Shown in pieces: positions 10,567 through 21,520 of a DNA stretch of 47,423 nt. The stretch covers positions 93,823,013 to 93,870,435 of the forward strand of contig NC_068981.1 of assembly GCF_001194135.2 (NCBI RefSeq), in the 5' to 3' direction. Each line of letters opens with the position of its first letter. The first letter of the stretch is position 1. The position numbers and the translations under genes are program-made. The notes beneath the pieces are model-generated. The model was not told where the DNA came from. It did no database searches and worked only from the letters and a program-made list of their open reading frames with translations. The stretch is from Octopus bimaculoides (Eukaryota).

Positions 10567-10947
10567 GGAGGCGCAATGGCCCAGGGGTTAGGGCAGCGGA
10601 CTCGCGGTCATAGGATCGCGGTTTCGATTCCCAGACCGGGCGTTGTGAGTGTTTATTGAGCGAAAACACCTAAGCTCCACGAGGCTCTGGTAGGGGATGG
10701 TGGCGAACCCTGCTGTACTCTTTCACCACAGCTTTCTCTCACTCTTACTTCCTGTTTCTGTTGTGCCTGTAATTCAAAGGGTCAGCCTTGTCACACTGTG
10801 TCACGCTGAATATCCCCGAGAACTACGTTAAGCGTACACGTGTCTGTGGAGTGCTCAGCCACTTGCACGTTAATTTCACGAGCAGGCTGTTCCGTTGATC
10901 GGATCAACTGGAACCCTCGACGTCGTAAGCAACGGAGTGCCAACAAC
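10567..10947 (+). mobile_element. tRNA-derived SINE, family D (~380 bp), full length
   Basis: A-box TGGCCCAGGGG, GACTCGCGGTC (tRNA-Arg TCG-like), B-box TTCGATTCC. Near-identical to 30034-30413 and 38321-38676. Embedded in (TATG)n. Confidence 0.9.
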
Positions 10948-11148
10948 ATGTATGTATGTATGTATGTATGTACGTATGTATGTATGTACGTATGTATGTA
11001 TGCTCTCGTTTTCAAGTTAAGCGACTGCAAAGTAAGGTAAGCAAGGTAAGAGGCTGTGATTCGGCTCATTCTTCATGTTAATTACCCCTAACATTACCTG
11101 CAGCGGTTAAGCTTGTTCATGATATAAATAAATTACATAGATTATATA

Positions 11149-11362
11149 CAGTAATCTCTCGGCTATCGCGGGTGTTACGTTCCAAAAGCCCACGTGATAG
11201 GTGAAAATCCGCGAATTAGAAACAATACTATACGGTATATTTTGTTAATTATTTTTATAATTTGTATATATCTATTTTAATATAAATGCAAAACAACACC
11301 ACGGCAGATTCAACGTAAGCTTAAATAATAAACTGCGATAGGTGAACCGCGATATGGCGAAG
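11149..11362. mobile_element. Tigger/pogo-like MITE; right end lost in a gap
   Basis: TA|CAGTAATCTCTCGGCTATCGCGG left terminus (Tigger-type CAGT start after TA). Right side CCGCGATATGGCGAAG is the approximate reverse complement and runs into Ns. Internal repeat of GCGATAGGTGAA. Confidence 0.7.
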
Positions 11363-11395
11363 NNNNNNNNNNTATATATTAATAATCCCTTCGTA

Positions 11396-11584
11396 TTTTG
11401 GCACAAGGCCAACAATTTTGAAGTCGATTAAATCGACTACAGTGACCAGACTTATTTTATCGATCCTGTAAAGATGAAAGACAAAATCAACCACAATTGA
11501 ATTTGAACTGAGAACTGAAAGACGGACGAATTGCCGCTAAGCATTTTATCCAGCGTGCTAACGATTCTGCTAGTTGGTCTCCTT
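11396..11584 (-). mobile_element. SINE family A (~215 bp)
   Basis: Reverse complement of consensus GGCGAGCTGGCAGAATCGTTAGCACG...TTCTGAGTTCAAATT...GGCCTTGTGCCAAAA seen throughout the window. Confidence 0.8.
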
Positions 11585-11954
11585 GACTATATATACACAC
11601 ACATTAATTATAGCTAATATCTCTAACAGGTACTAATTATAATGTGAACACGATAGTAATTCCTTTAATGGTTGATTTACTCAATTATAGATTGACCTAG
11701 GGCTAAACGACAACACAGCCATGACATTGATTTTCTCTCTCTTTCATCTATTTGGATTCGATGAAATATGGGGCAGTCACGTATTGGAACGGATTCAACC
11801 ATTTTTTTCCTCCATTCCTTCCTCTCATATATCTGTATGTCCTTACCTCTATTTAGGAAACCTTTTATTTGCCATGCAGTTTACGCATTATTTCAGTATT
11901 CCGATGTTCCACATAAACAAGTAGATTTATTGCTTTCATAGAGTATTAGTTGCT

Positions 11955-12150
11955 CTTGGTTGGTTGGTTGGCTGGTGTTAAAGCCCAGATATCCCTGATT
12001 GAGCAGAAATATCACCAAAGGTGTCCCAGTTCTGATCATCCTATTTTTGTTGTTTCTTTTTTAGAGGTTGGGGTATTATCTAAGGCTGCGTACTCTAATG
12101 CGAGTGTGAATGGTGGACAATTTGGCCGCTATTTCTAGCCGGTCGTTCAA
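11955..12150 (-). mobile_element. SINE-like repeat family B (degenerate)
   Basis: Reverse complement of the GCTAGAAATAGC(A/G)GCCAAAT...CTGGGGCT motif set shared with 16695-16870, 17895-18302, 23380-23560, 23800-23947, 25440-25610, 32040-32235 and 34060-34245. Confidence 0.55.
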
Positions 12151-13102
12151 TCAGGTAGAAACACTCAAGTCCGCACATTGATAGTGTTTCTACTATTGTT
12201 ATTGTTGTTGTTGTTATCGTTGTTGTATTTGTTGTTGTTCAGCACCTAGTCAAACCTGATCGAACTCCTACGTCTACCTGTAGATGTAAAAGTGTAGTTA
12301 TTCTCTCAGGCGCCACTAGAGGCAAAAACATTGTCATGATTTTACTGCAATGTTATCATATACGATTGTCTGACTTAATAGACGCTACTTTTAACTGTCT
12401 GAACATAAGCTTCAATCCTGTGGATTCGTTTCATAAATTTTGTGTGTGTTTTCTTTTTATTATATATATATTTTTTTGTTATTGATTCATAATACAGAAG
12501 TTAATTTAAGTGGAAATTGAATTCTTTTCATCTAAAACAGTACTTCTGTTATGTAATTGACATAATACTACAACAGCCGACTGCCTGCATAGACTTTCGT
12601 TATCGTAATATCGAGTTTTAACGAAAAACAGCACGAAGAAAACAAAAACTGTAACAATACTAGGCACCCAATTTGTGTTAAAACTAATGCATTGCAAGAA
12701 GATGTTAAATTCATTGCGAATGGCTTTTACAATTGACAATTTTGAAGTCACACGAAGATAGTAACATTGCAATTAAAACACGAACGAAAGCAACAACAAT
12801 GGCGACATCATCGACAATAACAGTAACATCAACAACAACCACAGCTGCAATATCACTGAACTATTGACGCTATACTCGACTTAAACTATTATATATTCTA
12901 AACAATTTCGAATCTAACAATTATCAAATAGCCTGACATCTGCTCACTGTATCATTGCATCTTAAATTTAATTCAAAAAGTACTTCAGATTTGAAAGACT
13001 TGCAATTGTTTTACAAATGACAAAATGGTAATTTAGAAATGATCTAATTATAAATCTCACAGAGAGATATAAACAGCAGTGTTACGATAAAGCAGTTGTT
13101 TA

Positions 13103-13331
13103 CTGTCAACTTAATGTGACAGACCCATTAAGGGAATCATACTGCTGCTATTTAGCCCTAGGAAGCTAGACCGCTTCCTGTTGGCCTTGACACATTTCCT
13201 GTGTCCTTATATTTGTGAAGGAGAGACAAGCTTCCCCACCCAGCTTTAGTCTGCAGGAAGCGGTCTAGCTTCCTAGGGCTAAATAGCTGCAGTATGATTC
13301 CCTTAATGGGTCTGTCACATTAAGCTGACAG
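13103..13331. mobile_element. MITE with 78-bp near-perfect terminal inverted repeats and TA flanks
   Basis: Arms 13103-13180 and 13254-13331 are reverse complements with 2 mismatches; 73-bp spacer; TA on both sides (13101-13102, 13332-13333). Confidence 0.8.
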
Positions 13332-13466
13332 TAAAATGGTAATTATTATCGTCATGTGCACATATCTATTTCTCTCTCTCCTTCTCTGTCTCTCTATCTA
13401 TTTATCTATCTATCTGTCTGTCTAGTCTATCTATCCATACACACATACGCGCATATNNNNNNNNNN

Positions 13467-13497
<31 letters not shown>

Positions 13498-15578
13498 CAC
13501 ATACATGGAATGATTCAAATAAACAGATAAAAACCTTGGGTTTTAATGTACAAAATATATATACATATATACATGCATGTAAAAAGAGAAGGTAGACTTA
13601 AAAGTTTCAGATGATTGAAAATCTGTTCATTTGGTTTCCTCTAATGGCCGCTCTTTACTTTGTTGACTTGATCCTCGGTGAAGATGTTGAGGTGTAAGTT
13701 CTAATCATTTGAGCGCTACAAAATGTTTTCTATATATCACGCATGCTCACACGCACGCACACGCCCACGCATACCCACACATGCACTCACTCGCGCACAC
13801 GCAAGCATTCATACACTCACACTCACACTCACAGCTCATACGAGGAAAACTTGCTTTGTTACTCCACACAGAACCTCGCTGTTGCATACAAAATGACCTA
13901 ATGGGTGCTTTCCCTACGTTCAGTATGTAGTTCCTTCATACAAGGACAAACTACACGCAACACGTAGAAGTTCACGCGTTGGCTTGTATTTTCTGGTGGT
14001 GGGAACAACGAAATCGGACAATTGGGGTTCAGTCTGCGTGCAACAGTTGCGTTTTCTCAGTGCGTAAAACGTCGTTCAACTGACAGGCTGGTCTAAATTT
14101 ACTAGCATCTGTATGCCATTTACCTGAGTCTTNNNNNNNNNNNNNNNNNNNNNNNNNNNNNNNNNNNNNNNNNNNNNNNNNNNNNNNNNNNNNNNNNNNN
14201 NNNNNNNNNNNNNNNNNNNNNNNNNNNNNNNNTTTCATTTCACATTCATTCAAATATTTCTCCAGTAACGAATTTGTGATGATATATTCCGTTAAACGAT
14301 CTGCAGTGACTATTAAATATATCTAAGTTAGACTACCATAAAATTACAATTTGGACGAAAATACGATAAGCTAATATATTTCAGGGATTGGCAAGAGCTA
14401 TAGCCTAAGTGTCAATCTCCGAACAAACCGATTCTGTGTTGAATAAAGATAGTTTCACTATTTTCCTCTTATTGGAATTTCACGGTTCAAATCCCACATT
14501 CCACTCTTTTACTCTATCACACTTAATCAAAAATGGTTAAACAATCGTTTCTATTTGTTGCTGAAACAGAAAATAAGAAAATTTTATTTTCGATAAATCC
14601 ATTCAAAATATATCAGTTTGCCAACTTCATAAAGTGTCCTACAGCAATGTTTACCAACCTTTTACCATCTCGATCTATTTGGATACATAAATAACATCGG
14701 TAGCTCTTTTGTGAAATATGTTCCAATAGAGTGCACATAACACTTCATGTTTTGGGAAATATTCCTCAGATTTTATTTGTAAATGTAACTGTTATACCTA
14801 TGGCTTATATAAGATATTTGTATTAAATATAAAATGTTAATGAATAATTCAAAAATAAAAGTTTTTTTTTTATTTTAACGATCCATTCAGAGTTATACCA
14901 GGACTCGTAGGATAGACTCGATATCCTATAGTTGAGACATCGTACCATATCGACAGCGCTGTGCTATGTCCTTAATCATGGCAGTTCTTGCTCGTATACG
15001 CTATTTCTGTTAATAGAAAGCATAAGTATAGTTTGTATTGCTATAAGTAATGAGAAAATTGTATGTTTAAGTAGTTTTAGACCGCAAAAAAGCTTTCAAA
15101 CCACAAGCTAGTTTCGCCGAAAATTGGTTCGTTATTAATGAATCAAATTATGTAGCATATTTTTAATAATTGAACTCAGCTTTCAGCTTTAACATTGGTT
15201 TCTAACAAACAAGCTAAAAGACCCTAATTTTCATTATGAAGCGTGGGTTGATATGAGATACACACTTTTTTAGAAAAGCATTTATTTTGGAAGTTAAATT
15301 CAATGGTTTTAACTGGAAATTAATCGTTTCTCTCTACAGAGCTCTTTTTACTAGCTCCAAAACCTTAATTTACAAATGGAGAAATCAGACATTTAGTTAG
15401 AGCATAGTGTAATGTGGCACAAAAGTGTAAATGAAATACATCAACATCTGAACTCTGAGAAATCGTAAAATAATATAATTGCAATAATTTAATGTTTTAC
15501 TAAAATTAATACATTAACAGAACGTTGAATTTAAACTGGCTATTGGATGTTTCGATCAGGTTTACCAGCTTTTAAAAT

Positions 15579-15793
15579 ACTGGTTTAAAATTTTGGCTCA
15601 AGGCCAGCAAGTTCGGAGGAGGGGAAGTCAATTTCTTCGACCCCAACGCTCAACTGTTTCTTATTTTATCAGCCTCTAATGGATGAAAAGGAAAGTTCAC
15701 CTCGACGGAATTTGAACTCGGAACGTAAAGACGATCGAAATGCCGCTAAGCATTTCGCTTGGCATGCCAACGATTCTACCAGCTCACCGCCTT
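15579..15793 (-). mobile_element. SINE family A
   Basis: Near full-length reverse-complement match to the family A consensus. Confidence 0.85.
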
Positions 15794-16694
15794 AGCAACT
15801 TTCAAAATATTAATATTCATTGACTATATATTTTTTTAAAGCTAAAAATAGAAGTGAAACCGCATCAAATGGGAATATGAAGATTAATTAGAATCGATTT
15901 AGTATAAGTTTTGCGTCTTACCTTGCGCCATTGAGCCCAGACAGAGTGATTACACTGCTTCATAAAACTGACAACTGCTCTCTCACATCAAGTCTAGACC
16001 GCTGAATCTCATTCTATAATTAGACGAATATCCAATGGTTTTTTATAAAGACACCCATATCCAAACAGCCGTTACTGTGGATGCCAAAGTTTCTGCTCAA
16101 AATATTCATTACTTCACATACAAAAGAGAGTAATGCTAACCAGTTTTAATGCTCCTAACGTTTGAAGCGATGAAATGTTTTGCTTGTGCTTTCTTGTAAA
16201 TACTGTATCCTAGCTCTTACAGGATATTAAATTTATAATGAAACGTAACAAGAAAATATCTACAAACAAACCTATTTGAGTCACTTGTTCTTGGTTTTAA
16301 ATACATTATATGATAAAGTATCAGCAAATTTTATTGACTTCCGTCTAATTTCTAATAAACTTCCTGTCTCATAAAATAAAAAATAATGAGCTACATGCCA
16401 ATGAAGTCAGTGTTTGACTAGAAGAATTACGATTTGGTTATTAAGACAAGAAAAAATCGAACTCATATGCAAATATTTTAAATTACTTTTTCTTCTTCAA
16501 ATCAATGATTTTTCTATACAATGATGACTGACAGAGAGCAAGATGTAAGTTTTTAAACTGAGTCAGTTTTATTTGCAGTTGCAGCCACTCCATGATACTA
16601 GTAATATATTTGGGAGAGGTATGATTGTCACATACTTCTCTATTGCATCTTGTTGTAAACAAACAACCCTCCGGACTTACAATCTAACCAGGGA

Positions 16695-16870
16695 GGCTCT
16701 ATTTCTGTTAGAAATGCAACCACATTTCCCTCAAATGTCACATTACCATTTTTTTAAAGTGTAGGACAAACAGTTGTCTTAGAAACAGTTGAATAAACTA
16801 TGATATAGTCATGGTTGGAACGCTTTAATCATCGATTTGTTTTATCATTGTTAACAGCAATCAAATAGAA
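16695..16870 (+). mobile_element. SINE-like repeat family B (degenerate)
   Basis: TGTTAGAAATGCAACCACATTTCCCTCAAAT...TCATGGTTGGAACGCTTTAATCAT family motifs. Confidence 0.55.
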
Positions 16871-17014
16871 CCAATATACTTTTAAGTTACAATATGGCTG
16901 AAACAGCAGAGCCTCACTCTAAAAGCTTCATGGAATTAAAATTCTTCCTTGTGTGTCTTGAGTCCAAAATTCACTCGAGATTGAAAATATGTAAGGTTAC
17001 GTGTGAATGAAAAA

Positions 17015-17236
17015 GAGAGAGAGAGGTGGGGTTATTGACAGAATCCGAATAATAATTTAATAATCGTTTCTAACGTTTGGATAAGTGTGTTCAATGGATT
17101 ATATCAGTCCTTGATTGGTACTTTATTTCATCGTTTCCAAAAGGAGAATTTGAACTTAGAGCGTAAACAACTGGAACAAATTCCAGTGAAAAGCGTTCAT
17201 CAGTTGGTGAGAGCGAATATTTCAGCATAATCATAT
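17015..17236 (+). repeat. Local duplication pair 1, copy a
   Basis: Colinear with 18732-18944, including flanking non-SINE sequence; several substitutions and small indels. Confidence 0.9.
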
Positions 17237-17455
17237 CTTATGTCTCCTAGGGCAATAATATGAATACCAGCAACAATGACTGGAATATATACACTTTTCT
17301 CAATCTATTTACCACTTGTAAAAAAAAATTTCCATTCCTCTTTATGTATGTGTGTGTCACCGATGAATGGTTCTACCTGAAACATTCGATTTCTTTTCTT
17401 TTCCATGGCATTAAATTTATTCTACTGTCTTAGTTGTTGAAAACACCTGTTGCCG

Positions 17456-17640
17456 AAGGCGGCGAGCTGGCAGAATCGTTAGCACGAAGGGCGAAATGCG
17501 TAGCGGGATCAGATTCCGTCGGGGTCGTCTTTGCCTTTCATCCTCTCAGAGCCGATAGAATAAATACCAGTCGAGCACTGGGTCAATGTAATCGACTTAC
17601 CCCGCCCCCGGAATTGCTGGCCTAGTGCCAAAATTTGAAA
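17456..17640 (+). mobile_element. SINE family A with internal deletion
   Basis: AAGGCGGCGAGCTGGCAGAATCGTTAGCACG head through CTGGCCTAGTGCCAAAATTTGAAA tail. Confidence 0.85.
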
Positions 17641-17894
17641 TTAATATTACTAGTTGAATCAGTAGTATCTGAAGAAAATGTTCTGTGGTATATGTTCTAA
17701 ACCTTTACTTTCTGAGTTCAAATCTCATCGATGTCAGTATCCTCCTTACCTCGTTCAGGTATCGATAAAATATACTACCAGTCTAGGACGATGGATTCGT
17801 AGAATTGTTAGACCGTGGGATAAAATACTTAGCTACATATACTCCGGCATTTTACATACTAAGTATCCAGTCATTTGTGTGTATCAGGCCAACA

Positions 17895-18302
17895 AGACGA
17901 TAGCTTGTAAAAAGAAGATACCCAAAGGAAGTCAACAACAAATCATCTTTCTATTTTCTCACGAATATTCAATTACAGGCACGAAGCGCTGGTTTGTTAA
18001 ATCACCGCGGGCCGTCCATTGAATTGATTGGCAGAAATACCATAAGTTTCACTTAGTAATACACAAGCCAACAAAATGTTACTTTGTATTGAAGAAACAA
18101 ACTTATACATGAAACGGCCCAACGGGGAAATCATTAACTTGACTTGCTACAAAAAGACAAGTTGCATTCAAATTCCACTCAACCGTCTTAAAACTGGAAG
18201 GATACGTGGATAATTTGACTCTAAAATACAATGCAAATATAAACGAAGTTCACTGAGCAAAAATAGCTGTTCAATCAGAGCTGACCAGGAGCTAAGTAAC
18301 AA
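17895..18302 (+). mobile_element. SINE-like repeat family B, longer degenerate copy
   Basis: Ends in TCAATCAGAGCTGACCAGGAGCTAAGTAACAA, the family B 3' end. Confidence 0.5.
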
Positions 18303-18731
18303 TTTATTCGTGATAAAAAAAAAGCCTCTGCACCAGACGTTTTCAACAACTATTCTAAGTATTGACTTCTTGTGTGCCCTGAATTTTTTGAAGCGAGTCG
18401 GAATAGCCCAGGAAATTTAGGAAACGTGAGTTATGTTTCTTAATGCAATGAACCAGCTTCATGTACAATTGTTTCCAAAACAGTACAATGTATACGCCCA
18501 TCTTCGATTTAAATATTCCCTGTTAATGATAAAATGTTTATAAAGTTGATAGTGCTTTTCTGTAACACCTTTAGCACTCTATTCATTGCACTATAGATCG
18601 AAACAAAATTGAAAAATGGTGCTCTAATCTGTTAGAAACAGCAGCTTCGCTTGTTGTTAAGTGTTCTTGTGAATGCAGTCAAGCATGTATGTATTTATAT
18701 AAATATGTGTACGGCTATGTGTGCCTGAAAC

Positions 18732-18944
18732 AGAGAAAGAGGTGGGGTTATTGACAGAATCCAAATAATAATTTAGTAATCGTTTCTAACGTTTGGATAA
18801 GTGTGTTCAATGGATTATATCAGGCCTTGACTGGTATTGTATTTTATCGTTTCCAAAAGAAGAATTTGAACTGAAAACGTAAACAGCCGGAACAAATTCC
18901 AGTGAAAAGAGTTAGTGAGAGCGAATATTTCAGCATAATCATAT
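18732..18944 (+). repeat. Local duplication pair 1, copy b
   Basis: Colinear with 17015-17236. Confidence 0.9.
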
Positions 18945-18958
18945 TCATATATGCGATG

Positions 18959-18962
<4 letters not shown>

Positions 18963-19007
<45 letters not shown>
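18963..19007. repeat. (TG)n microsatellite
   Basis: Read directly. Confidence 0.95.
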
Positions 19008-19314
19008 ATATACTCCAGTCTATACCTTTAGTTTCTAGTATAACTTTTAAAAAGATATATATATTAATGTGATATGATAATACGCATGTATGAGCGCATG
19101 TGTCAGAGCGAGTGTGTGTATTGTGTGTTGAGGGCGGATTTAAATATGTTTCATGTTTTATGTTCAAAGTTTTATTGCACCAGAGATATTATGTATGCTT
19201 CTTTCTGTAGAAATAGTAGTTTCCTGTGTTATGATTACGTCCGTGTTGAAAGTCCAGACAGACTTGAAAGTTAAATCGTTCGTACCAGGAAATTAAATTT
19301 TACTCACCGCTACA

Positions 19315-19641
19315 TACGTATGTATATATGTAGCTAGGTATATCTGCATATATGCATAGGTGTGTGTGTGTATGTGTGTGTGCGTGTGTGTGTGTGTGTT
19401 TGTGTGTGTGTGCATATATATTTGTATATATGTATATGTATATATATGTATATATATACGTATATATATATATATATATATATGTATACATATGTATATA
19501 TATATATATGTATACATATGTGCATATATATTAATGTATATATATATGTATATATATTAATGTATATATATATGCTTATATATTAATGTACATATATACG
19601 TCTGTATACATAAGTATAAATATCTGTGTGTGGGTATATAG

Positions 19642-19709
<68 letters not shown>
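19315..19709. repeat. Compound (TG)n/(TA)n/(TATG)n microsatellite running into a gap
   Basis: Read directly. Confidence 0.95.
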
Positions 19710-20744
19710 NNNNNNNNNNNNNNNNNNNNNNNNNNNNNNNNNNNNNNNNNNNNNNNNNNNNNNNNNNNNNNNNNNNNNNNNNNNNNNNNNNNNNNNNNNN
19801 NNNNNNNNNNNNNNNNNNNNNNNNNNNNNNNNNNNNNNNNNNNNNNNNNNNNNNNNNNNNNNNNNNNNNNNNNNNNNNNNNNNNNNNNNNNNNNNNNNNN
19901 NNNNNNNNNNNNNNNNNNNNNNNNNNNNNNNNNNNNNNNNNNNNNNNNNNNNNNNNNNNNNNNNNNNNNNNNNNNNNNNNNNNNNNNNNNNNNNNNNNNN
20001 NNNNNNNNNNNNNNNNNNNNNNNNNNNNNNNNNNNNNNNNNNNNNNNNNNNNNNNNNNNNNNNNNNNNNNNNNNNNNNNNNNNNNNNNNNNNNNNNNNNN
20101 NNNNNNNNNNNNNNNNNNNNNNNNNNNNNNNNNNNNNNNNNNNNNNNNNNNNNNNNNNNNNNNNNNNNNNNNNNNNNNNNNNNNNNNNNNNNNNNNNNNN
20201 NNNNNNNNNNNNNNNNNNNNNNNNNNNNNNNNNNNNNNNNNNNNNNNNNNNNNNNNNNNNNNNNNNNNNNNNNNNNNNNNNNNNNNNNNNNNNNNNNNNN
20301 NNNNNNNNNNNNNNNNNNNNNNNNNNNNNNNNNNNNNNNNNNNNNNNNNNNNNNNNNNNNNNNNNNNNNNNNNNNNNNNNNNNNNNNNNNNNNNNNNNNN
20401 NNNNNNNNNNNNNNNNNNNNNNNNNNNNNNNNNNNNNNNNNNNNNNNNNNNNNNNNNNNNNNNNNNNNNNNNNNNNNNNNNNNNNNNNNNNNATTTACTT
20501 ATGTAAATTTTAACAGGTGAAACCATGGTACGTAGGTTAATCGTCTTTATTTAGTGTTTTTTTTTTTCATTTGTCTTGCCCTTTTACAGTCTGTTGTGTC
20601 GCTGAATTTTTACTGAGAACATATATTTTTTTCGTGGTTAGATGATTCGGCATCTATTTCTAGCATATAGGAGTCCACTTTTGCTGGTCATCCCTCTTAT
20701 TTTTGTATGTAATATATATATATATATATGCACCGTCAGCTTTG

Positions 20745-21115
20745 GTCTGAGATGACTATGAAAGGCATTATAAGTTCTGAGCGGCGTTAAAGTCACCAAG
20801 TGCAATGACTTCGGAGAAGAGGGAAGTGAGATAGATTTCGTCGATGCTGGAAGAGATATGGTCGAACAGATGTTCCTAAGACGAAGTTGAAAAGAGATTG
20901 AGGAAGAATATGTATTTTTGAAGTGAGGCAGGGAGAGACTGAACCAGAGTCACTTTGTTATTAATTAATATCCAGCTTTAAAAGCCGTGGTGGAGACAGC
21001 GCAATCTACATATACGCAGGCGCCACCTTTAGGAGAGAAGTTTTGAGTGAAATGTAGCGTAGACAACAACGTTGAATAATACTGGGTAGTTAGGTTGGTC
21101 TGTATTTTCAGAAAT
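20745..21115 (-). mobile_element. Decayed LINE APE (EEP) endonuclease fragment, CR1/L2-like
   Basis: Minus-strand motifs PKGGACVYV (21007-21033) and LFDHISSSIDEIYLTSLFSEVIALGDFNA (GDFNA at 20797-20783) are hallmark APE motifs. Frameshifted. Confidence 0.75.
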
Positions 21116-21266
21116 AGATGTACGAATAATTATGTATATAGTTTTACAAACACATACATATGCAGAAAACGGACTTATCGTAACAGTAATTAAATGTGTG
21201 TGTATGTGTGAGCAGTCCATGTGCATCAGTATGGATATTTCCATCCGTTCTGTACTATTGTTTACT

Positions 21267-21310
21267 GAAGAAGAAGAAGAAGAAGAAGAAGAAGAAGAAG
21301 AAGAAGAAGA
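21267..21310. repeat. (GAA)n microsatellite
   Basis: Read directly. Confidence 0.95.
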
Positions 21311-21359
21311 CTAGTTTGATTGTATTGAATAACCATGAATTTCTAATTCTAGCATATGA

Positions 21360-21520
21360 TCTCAAATTTGGGGGAACGGAAGCTGCCGATTTTCTCGACC
21401 GCACTGCATGACTGCTGCTTACTTATTGACCCGAAAACGACGAAAGGCAAAATCGACCTTGGTGGGTTTTGAATTCAGAACTTGAAAGGAAAAAACAGAA
21501 CCAAATACTGCGAGGCACTA
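21360..21520 (-). mobile_element. SINE family A (degenerate)
   Basis: ACTTATTGACCCGAAAACGACGAAAGGCAAAATCGACCTTGGTGGGTTTTGAATTCAGAAC. Further degenerate family A copies at ~17690-17805, 21650-21725, 24230-24330, 26065-26225, 26270-26470, 26805-26965, 31560-31690, 33775-33860, 35195-35355 and 45655-45715. Confidence 0.7.

Noticed and set aside
10567-10645. SINE heads as genuine tRNA genes (also 30034, 38321, 28742, 10203)
   Set aside because: They keep A/B boxes but lack a complete cloverleaf and a poly-T terminator, and continue into shared SINE bodies.
19293-19586. Cluster of overlapping YIYI/CVCV/HTHT ORFs (also at 27445-29331, 30834-31174, 39859-40506)
   Set aside because: Translations of (TA)n, (TG)n and (CA)n microsatellites.
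20517-20527. Possible micro-exons GTGAAACCATG (20517-20527) and GATGACAG (39903-39910) between AG and GT
   Set aside because: Such short AG...GT matches are frequent by chance and cannot be linked to any gene model without RNA data.
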